This document shows, piece by piece, positions 32,983-40,512 of a stretch of DNA of 55,704 bases. The stretch comes from Thermoplasmata archaeon (GTDB taxonomy: Archaea > Thermoplasmatota > Thermoplasmata > Lutacidiplasmatales > UBA184): positions 1-55,704 of the forward strand of contig DATJVB010000019.1 of the NCBI GenBank assembly GCA_035502055.1, written 5' to 3'. Made by a program: the position numbers and the translations under genes. The notes beneath the pieces were generated by a model. The model did no database searches. It was not told where the DNA came from and saw nothing but the letters and a program-made list of their open reading frames with translations. Positions within the stretch are counted from its first letter, which is position 1, and each line of letters starts with the position of its first letter.

Positions 32983-35718
32983 CGCGTAGTACTCGAGGAT
33001 CGTCTCGCCGCCGCCGCCGTTGACCCCGTAGTACGCCGACGGGTCCGCGGTCACGGTGCCGTTCTGCGCTTTCGCGAGGGCCTGGGCGTCGACCAAGTTC
33101 TTCGCGACGTAGCAGTTCGGATGGCTCGCCGGGTCCGCGTAGGGGCAGTAGTACGCCGTCCGGTAGACCACCTGGAAGTGCTCGAGCATCCAGCCCGGCT
33201 CCGGCAGGTTGGACGCGATCGAGTTCCCGACGAAGGTGGTGAGTCCGGGGATGCCGTCGCCCTGGCCGATATCCGAGCCGTTGTACCCCGCGAAGATGTG
33301 GTAGATCATCGAGTTATAGAACGCGGGATAGTACTGGATGTTGTAGTTCGTCGCGAGGACCCCGGGCGGAACGCTCCCGAGGGGGTACGTCGAGCCGTCG
33401 GAGCCCGTCACGGTGACGCTGTAGTACGACGTCGGGACGCCGCCCGAGCCGATGACCCGGTCCGTGAGGTCGGCGGGAGCGTAGAAGATCCCGGTCGACG
33501 AGCCCGCGACGGGGAAGAGGCGGCTGTCGACCATCGCGTAGCGGATCGACCAGCCCGTGTACGATTGGACGTCGTCGTACACCTGCGCGACGCCCGAGAT
33601 CGGGAGGGTGGAGGCGAGGAAGTACGACGTCGCGTCGTACAGCGCGTTGGTGGCGTCCAGGTGGCTCGCATCGACGGCGAGGTACCGGTCGGGGTGGCCG
33701 ATGACGAGGGGGATGTCGTTCGACGCGTTGACGAGGAGGTTGTTGAGCTGGCCCACGTCGACGTGGTCCCGGACGAGCACCTGGGCGAGCCCGCTCGGGA
33801 GGTAGTGGCTCCCGGTCTCGGTGAGCTCGGCGGTCAACAGCCGGGTCGTGAGGATGCCGATCGCCAGCGACTCGTTCTGGGCGAGGAGGAAGTTCCCCGC
33901 CGGGTCGATCCCGTTCTGGAAGTTGTCCGCGACCGTCGGATGGTCCCCCTGGGCGACGGCCTGGAACCCGTAGTCCCACCAGCTCACGAACGCGGGTCGA
34001 TCGGGCGGCGGCAGGTTCTGGTCCTGCCCGGCGAGCCAATTGTAGCCGTCCTCGTCGTACTGGTTCGGCGTGTCGAGCTGCGTCCCCGCCGCCCCGAGAT
34101 AGAACGTCGACGCCGACGCCGGATTGGTCCGAAGGGGCGGGGGGAGCGTGTTGTACACCTGGAGGTTCGCGTTCGACTTCTCGTTGTACGGGATCCCCGC
34201 ATCGATGGCGTACCAGACGTTCGGGAGGACGACGATGAGGAGGAGGAGCATCACGAGCACGTGCCGGATCTTGAACGCGCGCCGGAAGGCGGCCCACTGG
34301 GAGCGCCGGTCGGCGAGCGAGGCGACGTTCCGCCGGAGGGTCGAGTAGCCGCCGACGTCGATCGCCCGGACGATCGCCTCCCCGGCGAGGAGCGAGAACG
34401 CGGCGGAGCCGAGGAAGAAGAACTTCGCGGCCGAGACCGGGAGGTACACCGACACCACCGCGAAGACGAGGAAGAGGAGGCTCGTCCGCCGGAAGCGGGT
34501 GCGCGTCGTCTGCCACGTGTACAGCGCGAGCCCGACGAACGCGAGGAAGAACGTGACGACCCCGTAGCCGAGGATCAGCTGGTCGATCGACGGGGCCTGC
34601 GCCTCGGCGACGGTCGAGTAGACGAGGGTCTTGACGAAGTACCCCTGGCCCGTGACGAGGGTGATGAACGAGGCCGGGGCGATGAGGTACAGGATCCCGC
34701 TCGCGGCCCCCCCGATCGCGGCGAGCACCGGGAGCGAGACGACCCACGGGTAGTCCCGCAGGAACAGGAACGGGGTGACGACCAGGAGGGCGCCGAAGTA
34801 GAGGAGGAGGGGGATGTCGAACCACCCCGCGAACAGCCCCTGCCGGAGGTAGTACGGCATCGCCATCGGGAACCCGACGAGCCCGACGATCCACACCGCG
34901 ACGTAGAGGCCGAACGAGTCGACGCGCCGGATCCGCTCGATGACGAGCGCGACGGCGAGGAAGATGACGATCGTCGCGACGACGAAGGTGTACCCTTGCC
35001 ACGCGAGGGCGAGCGTGCCGAACGAGACGCCGGCGAAGACGGCCCACTTGACGGCGGTCCGTTCGGTCCGAAGGAACCCCTTGAGGCCGGCGACGATCGA
35101 CCGGGGGCTCCGGTAGCTCTCGACCCACCGGTGGGAGCCGACCGCCTTGAACGTCCGGAGGAGACTGTAGACGGTGAGCAGGATGAAGAACGTGTAGAAC
35201 GCGAGGTAGTTCGCGTACCCGAAGGTCGACGAGTCGATGTTCGCGACCATGAGCGGGTAGAGGAACGCCGCGACGATCCCCATCCGCCGGGAGCTCGCCT
35301 CGCGGCCGATGAGGTAGACCGGGAACACCCCGAGCCCGGCCCAGATCGGCCCCCCGGCGTCGAGGAACCAGGCGCCGGCGGTCACCGCGTTCCCGCCGAA
35401 CAGCGGCGCGAACAGGATGCCGAGGACCGCGTTCATCCAGTCGAACAGCGGCTCCCTCGGGTTCACCGCCCCGATCGGGTAGTTGAGGAGCGTGTCCCGG
35501 CCGAGGTTGTGGTGGTTGAGGATGATGTACTCCATCACCCGGGAGTGGTAGAACGAGTCGGAGCCGCCGCCGTAGACGTTGAACGGGCCCCACAGCTCGA
35601 CGACCTGGGCCATGAAGACGGTCCGGATGAGGATCGCCACGCTGAACGCCGTGACGAGGAGCGCCGCCGTGACGCCGTGGCGGCGCCACCAACCTACCGT
35701 CGGAGCTTCGGGCGGCAT
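29056..35718 (-). CDS. aglB: Archaeal oligosaccharyltransferase AglB (STT3 family), giant 2,220-aa form
   Basis: Single uninterrupted ORF. Multi-TM N-terminus with GGSDSFYHSR (aa 51-60) and STVAE (aa 368-372). WWDYG at aa 580-584 (nt 33967-33981), then DNFQNG. The C-terminal roughly 1,300 aa are repetitive beta modules ending in a TM helix. Confidence 0.9.
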   Translation of the reverse strand: MPPEAPTVGWWRRHGVTAALLVTAFSVAILIRTVFMAQVVELWGPFNVYGGGSDSFYHSRVMEYIILNHHNLGRDTLLNYPIGAVNPREPLFDWMNAVLGILFAPLFGGNAVTAGAWFLDAGGPIWAGLGVFPVYLIGREASSRRMGIVAAFLYPLMVANIDSSTFGYANYLAFYTFFILLTVYSLLRTFKAVGSHRWVESYRSPRSIVAGLKGFLRTERTAVKWAVFAGVSFGTLALAWQGYTFVVATIVIFLAVALVIERIRRVDSFGLYVAVWIVGLVGFPMAMPYYLRQGLFAGWFDIPLLLYFGALLVVTPFLFLRDYPWVVSLPVLAAIGGAASGILYLIAPASFITLVTGQGYFVKTLVYSTVAEAQAPSIDQLILGYGVVTFFLAFVGLALYTWQTTRTRFRRTSLLFLVFAVVSVYLPVSAAKFFFLGSAAFSLLAGEAIVRAIDVGGYSTLRRNVASLADRRSQWAAFRRAFKIRHVLVMLLLLIVVLPNVWYAIDAGIPYNEKSNANLQVYNTLPPPLRTNPASASTFYLGAAGTQLDTPNQYDEDGYNWLAGQDQNLPPPDRPAFVSWWDYGFQAVAQGDHPTVADNFQNGIDPAGNFLLAQNESLAIGILTTRLLTAELTETGSHYLPSGLAQVLVRDHVDVGQLNNLLVNASNDIPLVIGHPDRYLAVDASHLDATNALYDATSYFLASTLPISGVAQVYDDVQSYTGWSIRYAMVDSRLFPVAGSSTGIFYAPADLTDRVIGSGGVPTSYYSVTVTGSDGSTYPLGSVPPGVLATNYNIQYYPAFYNSMIYHIFAGYNGSDIGQGDGIPGLTTFVGNSIASNLPEPGWMLEHFQVVYRTAYYCPYADPASHPNCYVAKNLVDAQALAKAQNGTVTADPSAYYGVNGGGGETILEYYAGQTMTGTVTLPGGAPVAGALVTVYDGWGIPHMIAQTDAHGVYSVVLPPGNDTVNVTTGSFNPLTESGGTTLVSLHLPIAASQGLNPESPALVRPIVLAPATVSGFLYWNNANNSSYIAGTDSVVPGASVVLWGGPGGARTVPTDASGAFSVTGLAPGVYNMSVRYQGANFTEPMLTLSTGATQNATTGLTPASLSGKVFIPQGGFGAQGATVTVSGPTGVVGTAVTNESGEYAIPNLGPGNYSVRAAEASMGWGTVAVPFSITTAGTRTVVNLTAVPVTTVEVAVLANDEPVAGIPVRFTPIASAAAGNGSSGTGNGSTAPIGAAPPLSPQNSTVFTSNAFGFVSATVPTGNYSLYALGLVGTTLEAGFSSAYLPSGVGALELAPLSLAPAVRLNGTAGSSSATTPTKVTAYDTRGASVIAVANASGDWALYLPQGTYSLLAIQPTSTTDATAPVLSAAKNVTLVYPTTVDLPVGPSVVVSAEVGTPTYTNGPGFFPAARAEVRLGLSTGWSVAALSTGAGNVSFTVPATVPTGTSYCLSVAAEGFEPYAACGLTPSDLTAATTIPLRLTPVPVNLTVFGLPGGSKVTVNFTAESATASTVNATGGPTFSFSVAPGTYSVTAWGPSPVAPGLLRPTSPINATIGIGSAGETFTLTVRHEVDSAGGLVLPTGLLNASVALSLSSATANLTVGGDTFTTGFFAPPGTYTAFARGVAAGNGSSAGTTYTGLSTVTINATGAIQPAVAVTSAAAELNGSLALSTGGPPNGTVGVTLAGPPGVTVAAAAVGGNFTAEVPANATYTVLVNTTQLVGVGSTARYEVFVASAGATCFAAYPVSGCQVTLEGTALTATLNGTVVARAYPGPAAASIELVGPYPSTATVSVAAPSGAFSASLAPGSYAVYATGGTGFANLANLTRVTVSATAPTALALTLVPTWTDTVTIARPQSSAAVSAPTLTVASASGANLTIAGAAFGAPLALALPVGIYTVSARSTGSPYGVSANATASTSVVLAAGNAATHLGLAFDLSPRVVLTLVTPGPFVVPGGQTVNGIFVARNVGNAPAAVSFLGSPSTWNFTLTPANASLGVLPGNDSVTVDATVRVPAGTLAAPPAASLLAEYANGTAAGPATVWTIATEPYVSMSAGVSASGTSVAPKSGTVSFWIANLGNVAVRETITVENPIALAADGWTAEIDQGSGAVTAPPSLAPQSNTTFSVKLNATTPYAVAPGEVDLALVGSNGTLSARTTLKLPVPVLSVSLGNGTGLTVTGPSVGAPSPYPDWLVPVLAFSPTFALLVGLVVYRWWRTRRWSRR

Positions 35719-35760
35719 GAGAGAACGCCGGAAACCGGCGGCGCGCGAGACCGAGGGGGT

Positions 35761-35779
35761 GTATAAATAGCCTTATACC
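35761..35779 (-). promoter_or_regulatory. AT-rich promoter island with TATA box (GGTATAAGGCTATTTATAC on minus strand) upstream of aglB
   Basis: Most AT-rich 19-mer near aglB. TATTTATAC is centred about 47 nt upstream of ATG 35718, implying a roughly 20-nt leader. Confidence 0.5.
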
Positions 35780-35843
35780 GGCGGCGGCGCGCGCGCCCGC
35801 CGGCGGCCCGCGCCCCGCTCGGAACTCGGCGGCGGGCGACGGG

Positions 35844-36374
35844 TCACGCGTCCGACGGGGTCGCCCGGAACCGGTAGAAGACCCGCCCGCCCGGCACGTC
35901 GAACGGCTCGACGGTGACGGGCAGCCCAACGCGGCACTCGGTCCACGGCCGGCCGACGATCCGCCCGAAGATCCGCATCGGCACGCCGTCGAGGTCGACG
36001 AGCCCGACGACGAGCGGCACGTCGCGCTCCATGCCGAGGGGGGCGCCGGCGAGCACCGCGCTGAAGGCGTACACGTGGCCCGTGCCGGGAAGGTCGATCC
36101 ACTCGAGGTCGCTCGTGTGGCACCGCGGGCAGGCGAGCCTCGGCGGCCAGAGGAGCGCCCCGTCGCGGCGGCAGCGCGTCGTCGAGAGCCGACCCCGGCG
36201 CAGGGTCTCGAAGAACGGGGTGAGCCGCGTCTCCGAGGGTCCCTCGCGCGGATAGAAGTCGAGGAGGTACGGGACCGCCGGGTCCCCGGACGGCGCCGGC
36301 GCCGCGGGCGGCGGGACGGTCTCGGCCGCGGTACGCGGCCGGCGCCGGGCGGCGGGCGGCGCGGGCTCGGTCAT
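35844..36374 (-). CDS. DUF35 Zn-ribbon/OB-fold protein (thiolase/HMG-CoA-synthase scaffold type)
   Basis: ATG 36372-36374 overlaps the thiolase TGA. 176 aa. Motifs: CRRDGALLWPPRLACPRC, then an OB-fold ...GHVYAFSAV...VVGLVDLDGVPMRIFGRIV. Confidence 0.85.
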   Translation of the reverse strand: MTEPAPPAARRRPRTAAETVPPPAAPAPSGDPAVPYLLDFYPREGPSETRLTPFFETLRRGRLSTTRCRRDGALLWPPRLACPRCHTSDLEWIDLPGTGHVYAFSAVLAGAPLGMERDVPLVVGLVDLDGVPMRIFGRIVGRPWTECRVGLPVTVEPFDVPGGRVFYRFRATPSDA

Positions 36375-37561
36375 GCGGGGGGCGCCTCCCGGCCGTAGAC
36401 CATCACCGAGTGGACGTTCGCGCTGCCGCTGAGATTGTGGACGAGCGCCCAGTCGGGATCCGGCACCCGCCGGGCGGCCGGGGTCCGGCCGGCGAACTGT
36501 TCGAACACCTCGACCGCTTGGGCGATCCCGGTCGCGCCGAGGGGGTGCCCGCACCCGAGGAGCCCGCCGCGCGGGTTGACGACGAGGTCCCCCCCGAGGT
36601 CGGACCGGCCGTCGAGCGCGAACCGGCCGCCCTCGCCGCGGGCGCAGAGGCCGAGCATCTCGTACTCGACGATCTCGGAGATCGTGAAGCAGTCGTGGAG
36701 CTCGGCGAAATCGAGCGCCTCGACGGAGATCCCCGCGCCGTCGAGCGCCTCGCCGGAGGCGCGTCGGAGGCCGGCCCAGTCGGTGAGCGGTCCCGCGTTC
36801 GCGAGGTTGTGGAAGTCGGCCGACTGGCCCGTCCCGCGGACCCAGGCGGGTGCGTCGGTGAACCGGCGGACCCGGTCCCGCGCCGCCAGCACGACCGCCG
36901 CCGCCCCGTCGGTCATGGAGGAGCAGTCCCCGAGCTTGAGCGGCGGGGCGACGAGGGGCATCCGCATCAGCTTCTCGCGCGAGAACGTCTTCGCGTGGAA
37001 CTGCGCCGTGGGGTTCGCGTTGGCGAACCGGTGGTTCTTCTCCGACACCGCGGCGAGCATCTCCTCGGTCGTCCCGTGCTCGAGCATGTGCCGCTGGGCG
37101 ACCATGGCGAAGAACGGCGGCGCCGTCGCCCCGTGGGGGCCGTCCCAGGCGCGGTCGAGGACGCACGCCATGGACGTGTTCGCCTCGGCCATCGACGGGA
37201 GGTTCATCTTCTCGATGCCGACGGCGACGGCGACGTCCGACAGCCCCGAGGCGATCGCGGCGTATGCCGAGCGTATCGCCGACTGGCCGGACGCGCAGGC
37301 GAGCTCGGTCCGTTGCACGACCCGCGTGGGGAAGATCCCGAGGTGCTCCGCCGCGAGCGGCGCGACGTGGGACTGGAAGGCGAACCGCTCCGGCTGCGCG
37401 GCGCCGACGAACAGCGAGTCGGGCGTCTCCGACGCGAGGGCCGGCACCGCCGCGTAGAGGGCGGCCCCGATCTCCTCGGCGAGCTCGGGCCACGTGAGGT
37501 CGCGGACCCCCCAGGGGCCCGTGACGCCGCCCACGACCGCGACGGCCCGTCCCGTCGTCAT
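36371..37561 (-). CDS. Thiolase (archaeal acetyl-CoA acetyltransferase, SCP-x type)
   Basis: 396 aa. Active-site Cys context TELACASGQSAI, plus GLLGCGHPLGATG. Confidence 0.9.
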   Translation of the reverse strand: MTTGRAVAVVGGVTGPWGVRDLTWPELAEEIGAALYAAVPALASETPDSLFVGAAQPERFAFQSHVAPLAAEHLGIFPTRVVQRTELACASGQSAIRSAYAAIASGLSDVAVAVGIEKMNLPSMAEANTSMACVLDRAWDGPHGATAPPFFAMVAQRHMLEHGTTEEMLAAVSEKNHRFANANPTAQFHAKTFSREKLMRMPLVAPPLKLGDCSSMTDGAAAVVLAARDRVRRFTDAPAWVRGTGQSADFHNLANAGPLTDWAGLRRASGEALDGAGISVEALDFAELHDCFTISEIVEYEMLGLCARGEGGRFALDGRSDLGGDLVVNPRGGLLGCGHPLGATGIAQAVEVFEQFAGRTPAARRVPDPDWALVHNLSGSANVHSVMVYGREAPPA

Positions 37562-38691
37562 GCGCGCTCCGCCCGCACGGCGTCGGCGACGCGGTCCCCC
37601 GCGCCGCTCGTCCGCACGGTGCCGCCCTGGTCGTACGTTCGGGCCGAACCGTCGGCGAGCACGCGCGCGAGCGCCCGCTCGAGCCGGTCCGCCTGGCCGA
37701 CGAGGCGCCCGTCCTGGTGCCGGTCGCCGAGCCACCGGAGCATCATCTCCACGGCGAAGAACGTCGCGAACGGGTTCACCTGGTCCTTCCCCGCGTACTT
37801 GGGCGCGCTGCCGTGAACCGGCTCGAACATGCCGTGGGCCTCGCCGATGTTCCCGCCGGCCGCGAACCCCATGCCGCCCTGGAGGACCGACGCGAGGTCG
37901 GTGATGATGTCGCCCATCATGTTCGTCGACACCACGACGTTGTACTGCTCCGGGTCGCGGACGAGCCACTGGGTGAAGGCGTCGACGTACGCGTAGTCGC
38001 GCTCGATCTCCGGGTACTCCCGGCCGACCCGGTCGAACGTCTCCCGGAAGAAGCGGCACCCCTCGAGGACGTTCGACTTGTCGACGCAGGTGACCCGCTT
38101 CACGCCGTCGCGGGGCGCGCCGCGGGGGCGACGCCGCGCGAGCTCGAACGCGTAGCGGACCACCCGCTCCGCCCCCTTGCGCGTGATGATCCGCGTGTCG
38201 ACGGCGGCCTCCGTCGCGTCGGCGCGCCGGAGCCGGCCGTGCATCGGGGTGTACAGGTCCTCGGTGTTCTCGCGGACGATCACGAGGTCCACGTGCTCGG
38301 GCGACCAGACGGTCCGGTACTCTCCGCTGATCCGGTGGCGGACGCCGGGGTAGAGCCGGCAGGGGCGAACGTTCGCGTACAGGTCGAGGCTCTGCCTAAG
38401 CCCGAGGACGAGCGCCGCCCCGGCGATGTCGCCGGACGGGAGGCTCACGCCGGGCCAGCCGACCGCGCCGAGCAGGATCGCGTCGGCCGCGCGCGCCGCG
38501 GCCTCGGTCTCGGGCTCCCACTCGCGGCCGTGCGCCTGGTAGTACTGCGCGCCGCCGGGCCGTTCGTCGAGGTGCCACGGCGCCGGTGCCCCCTCGGCGA
38601 GGGCGTCGAGCACCTTGCGGCCCTCGCGGACGACCTCGGGCCCGGTCCCGTCCCCCGGCAGGAGGAGCACGGCGTAGCCGGTCTCCCTCAT
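37558..38691 (-). CDS. leuB: Isopropylmalate/homoisocitrate/tartrate dehydrogenase-family beta-decarboxylating dehydrogenase
   Basis: 377 aa. Motifs: LLPGDGTGPEV, VRENTEDLY, MMGDIITDLAS, GSAPKYAGKD. The substrate cannot be assigned by eye. Confidence 0.85.
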   Translation of the reverse strand: MRETGYAVLLLPGDGTGPEVVREGRKVLDALAEGAPAPWHLDERPGGAQYYQAHGREWEPETEAAARAADAILLGAVGWPGVSLPSGDIAGAALVLGLRQSLDLYANVRPCRLYPGVRHRISGEYRTVWSPEHVDLVIVRENTEDLYTPMHGRLRRADATEAAVDTRIITRKGAERVVRYAFELARRRPRGAPRDGVKRVTCVDKSNVLEGCRFFRETFDRVGREYPEIERDYAYVDAFTQWLVRDPEQYNVVVSTNMMGDIITDLASVLQGGMGFAAGGNIGEAHGMFEPVHGSAPKYAGKDQVNPFATFFAVEMMLRWLGDRHQDGRLVGQADRLERALARVLADGSARTYDQGGTVRTSGAGDRVADAVRAERA

Positions 38692-39215
38692 GGACGGGGG
38701 CCCGGCGCAGGGGGGGACGCCGCGAGCTCCCGGCGGACCTTCTCGACGAGGCCGCCGGCCTCGAGGAGATCGAGCAGGTGCGGCGGAAGGGGCGGGAAGC
38801 GGACCGACGCGCCGGTCCGGTCGTTCGTCACCGTGCCGCCCTCGAGGTCGAGGCGCGCGGTATCGCCGGTCTCGAAGATCGCCCGGACCCCGCGTGCCTC
38901 GATCGCCGGGAGACCGAGGTTGATCGCGTTGCGGAAGAAGATGCGGGCGAACGAGTCGGCGACGATCGCGGCGACGCCGATGGCGCGCAGCGCCTGGGGG
39001 GCGTGCTCGCGGCTCGATCCGCTGCCGAAGTTCTCGTCGGCGATGACGATGTCGCCCGCGCGGGCCTGCGCCGCGAACTCCGGGAGCGCGATCTCGAAGA
39101 CGTGCTTCTTGAGCTCGTTGGGGTCGATGACCGTGAGGTACTTCCCGCCGATGATCTGGTCCGTGTCGACGTCCTTCCCCAGCGTCCAGACGCGGCCGAC
39201 GAGGAGCTTCTCCAT
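38688..39215 (-). CDS. leuD: 3-isopropylmalate/homoaconitate dehydratase small subunit
   Basis: 175 aa. Motifs: GKDVDTDQIIGGKYLTV, ENFGSGSSREHAPQAL. Confidence 0.9.
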   Translation of the reverse strand: MEKLLVGRVWTLGKDVDTDQIIGGKYLTVIDPNELKKHVFEIALPEFAAQARAGDIVIADENFGSGSSREHAPQALRAIGVAAIVADSFARIFFRNAINLGLPAIEARGVRAIFETGDTARLDLEGGTVTNDRTGASVRFPPLPPHLLDLLEAGGLVEKVRRELAASPPAPGPRP

Positions 39216-39228
39216 GCCGCGCGGCCCC

Positions 39229-40512
39229 CTAGGCCATCTCCCGGGGATCGGTGATCTCCCCGCGGATGGCGGCGGCGACGACCGCGGCGGGCGACATGAG
39301 GTAGATCCGGGCCTCCTTCGGCCCCATCCGGCCGGGGAAGTTCCGGTTCGACGACGAGGCGCACACCTCGTCCGGCGCGAGGATCCCCATGTTGCCCCCG
39401 AAGCAGGCGGAGCAGCTCGAGTTGGTGAACACCGCCCCCGCCTCGGTGAACGTCTCGATGATCCCCTCTTTGAGGCACTGCTCGTAGATCGGCGTCGAGG
39501 CCGGCGAGACGATGAACCGGACCCCGGCGTGGACCTTCTCGCCCTTCAACAGCGCGGCCCCCTCCCGGATGTCCTCGATCCGGGCGTTGGTGCAGGAGCC
39601 GAGGAACGCCTGGTCGATCTTGACGTGCTCCCGCGCGACGTCCGGCAGAGGGCGCACGTTGTCCGGGGAGTACGGGCAGGCGACCATCGGCGGCATGCCG
39701 GTCACGTCGAGGGAGACGGTCCGCTCGTACGTCGCGTCGGCGTCGGGCTGGAGGGGGCGCATCGGATGCTTCGCGATCGGGCGGAGGTACTCCTCGGTGG
39801 TGGCGTCGGGGGCGACCATCCCGCACTTCGCGCCCATCTCGGTCGTCATGTTGCAGATCGTGAACCGCTCCGGCATCGAGAACCGGGCGATCGTCGGGCC
39901 CCCGTACTCGACGGCCTTGTACGTCGCGCCCGTCGTCTTGATCTCCCCGAGCAGCCGCAGGACGACGTCCTTCGCGGTGACGCCGGGCCCGAGCGAGCCC
40001 TTCACGTCCACGCGGACCGTCGGCGGGACCTTGAGCCACAGGCGTCCGAGCGCGAGGACCGCCGCCATCTCGGTGGGTCCGATCCCCGCCGCCACGGCGC
40101 CGACGGCCCCGAGCATGTTGGTGTGGGAGTCGGTGCCGACGGCGAGGTCGCCGGGGACGACCCAGCCGTGCTCGGCGAGGATCTGATGGCAGATCCCGTG
40201 GTTCCCCACGTCGTAGAAGTGGCGCAGCCCCTGCTCCGCCGCGAACTTCCGGAGGATCCGGTGGAGGACCGCCGCCCCCTCCGTCGACGCCGGGACCCAA
40301 TGGTCGATCGCGATCACGACGCGCTCCGGGTCCCAGACCCGCGGGGCCCCCATCGCGTGGAACGGGCCCACGGTCTGGGCCCCCTGTTCGTGCATCATGG
40401 CGAGATCGACGCGGCCGTCGACGATCTGGCCGGGGACGGCCCGGTCGATGCCGCCCGCCCGGGCGAGGATCTTCTCCGCGAGGGTCGCCCCGGCGCCGTT
40501 CCCGACCGTCAT
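39229..40512 (-). CDS. leuC: 3-isopropylmalate/homoaconitate dehydratase large subunit (archaeal short form)
   Basis: ATG 40510-40512, 427 aa. Motifs: DHWVPAS, GTDSHT, GSCTNARIEDI, SSCSACFG, SSSNRNFPGRMG. Confidence 0.9.
   Translation of the reverse strand: MTVGNGAGATLAEKILARAGGIDRAVPGQIVDGRVDLAMMHEQGAQTVGPFHAMGAPRVWDPERVVIAIDHWVPASTEGAAVLHRILRKFAAEQGLRHFYDVGNHGICHQILAEHGWVVPGDLAVGTDSHTNMLGAVGAVAAGIGPTEMAAVLALGRLWLKVPPTVRVDVKGSLGPGVTAKDVVLRLLGEIKTTGATYKAVEYGGPTIARFSMPERFTICNMTTEMGAKCGMVAPDATTEEYLRPIAKHPMRPLQPDADATYERTVSLDVTGMPPMVACPYSPDNVRPLPDVAREHVKIDQAFLGSCTNARIEDIREGAALLKGEKVHAGVRFIVSPASTPIYEQCLKEGIIETFTEAGAVFTNSSCSACFGGNMGILAPDEVCASSSNRNFPGRMGPKEARIYLMSPAAVVAAAIRGEITDPREMA

Noticed and set aside
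31651-35766. 1,371-aa plus-strand ORF, the 871-aa alternative minus frame (33314-35929) and the upstream 1,170 aa of ORF 28232-32590
   Set aside because: All overlap aglB, whose frame carries the STT3 motifs. Their translations are low-complexity (R/G/D/E/P runs). Only the last 275 codons of 28232-32590 form a plausible protein.
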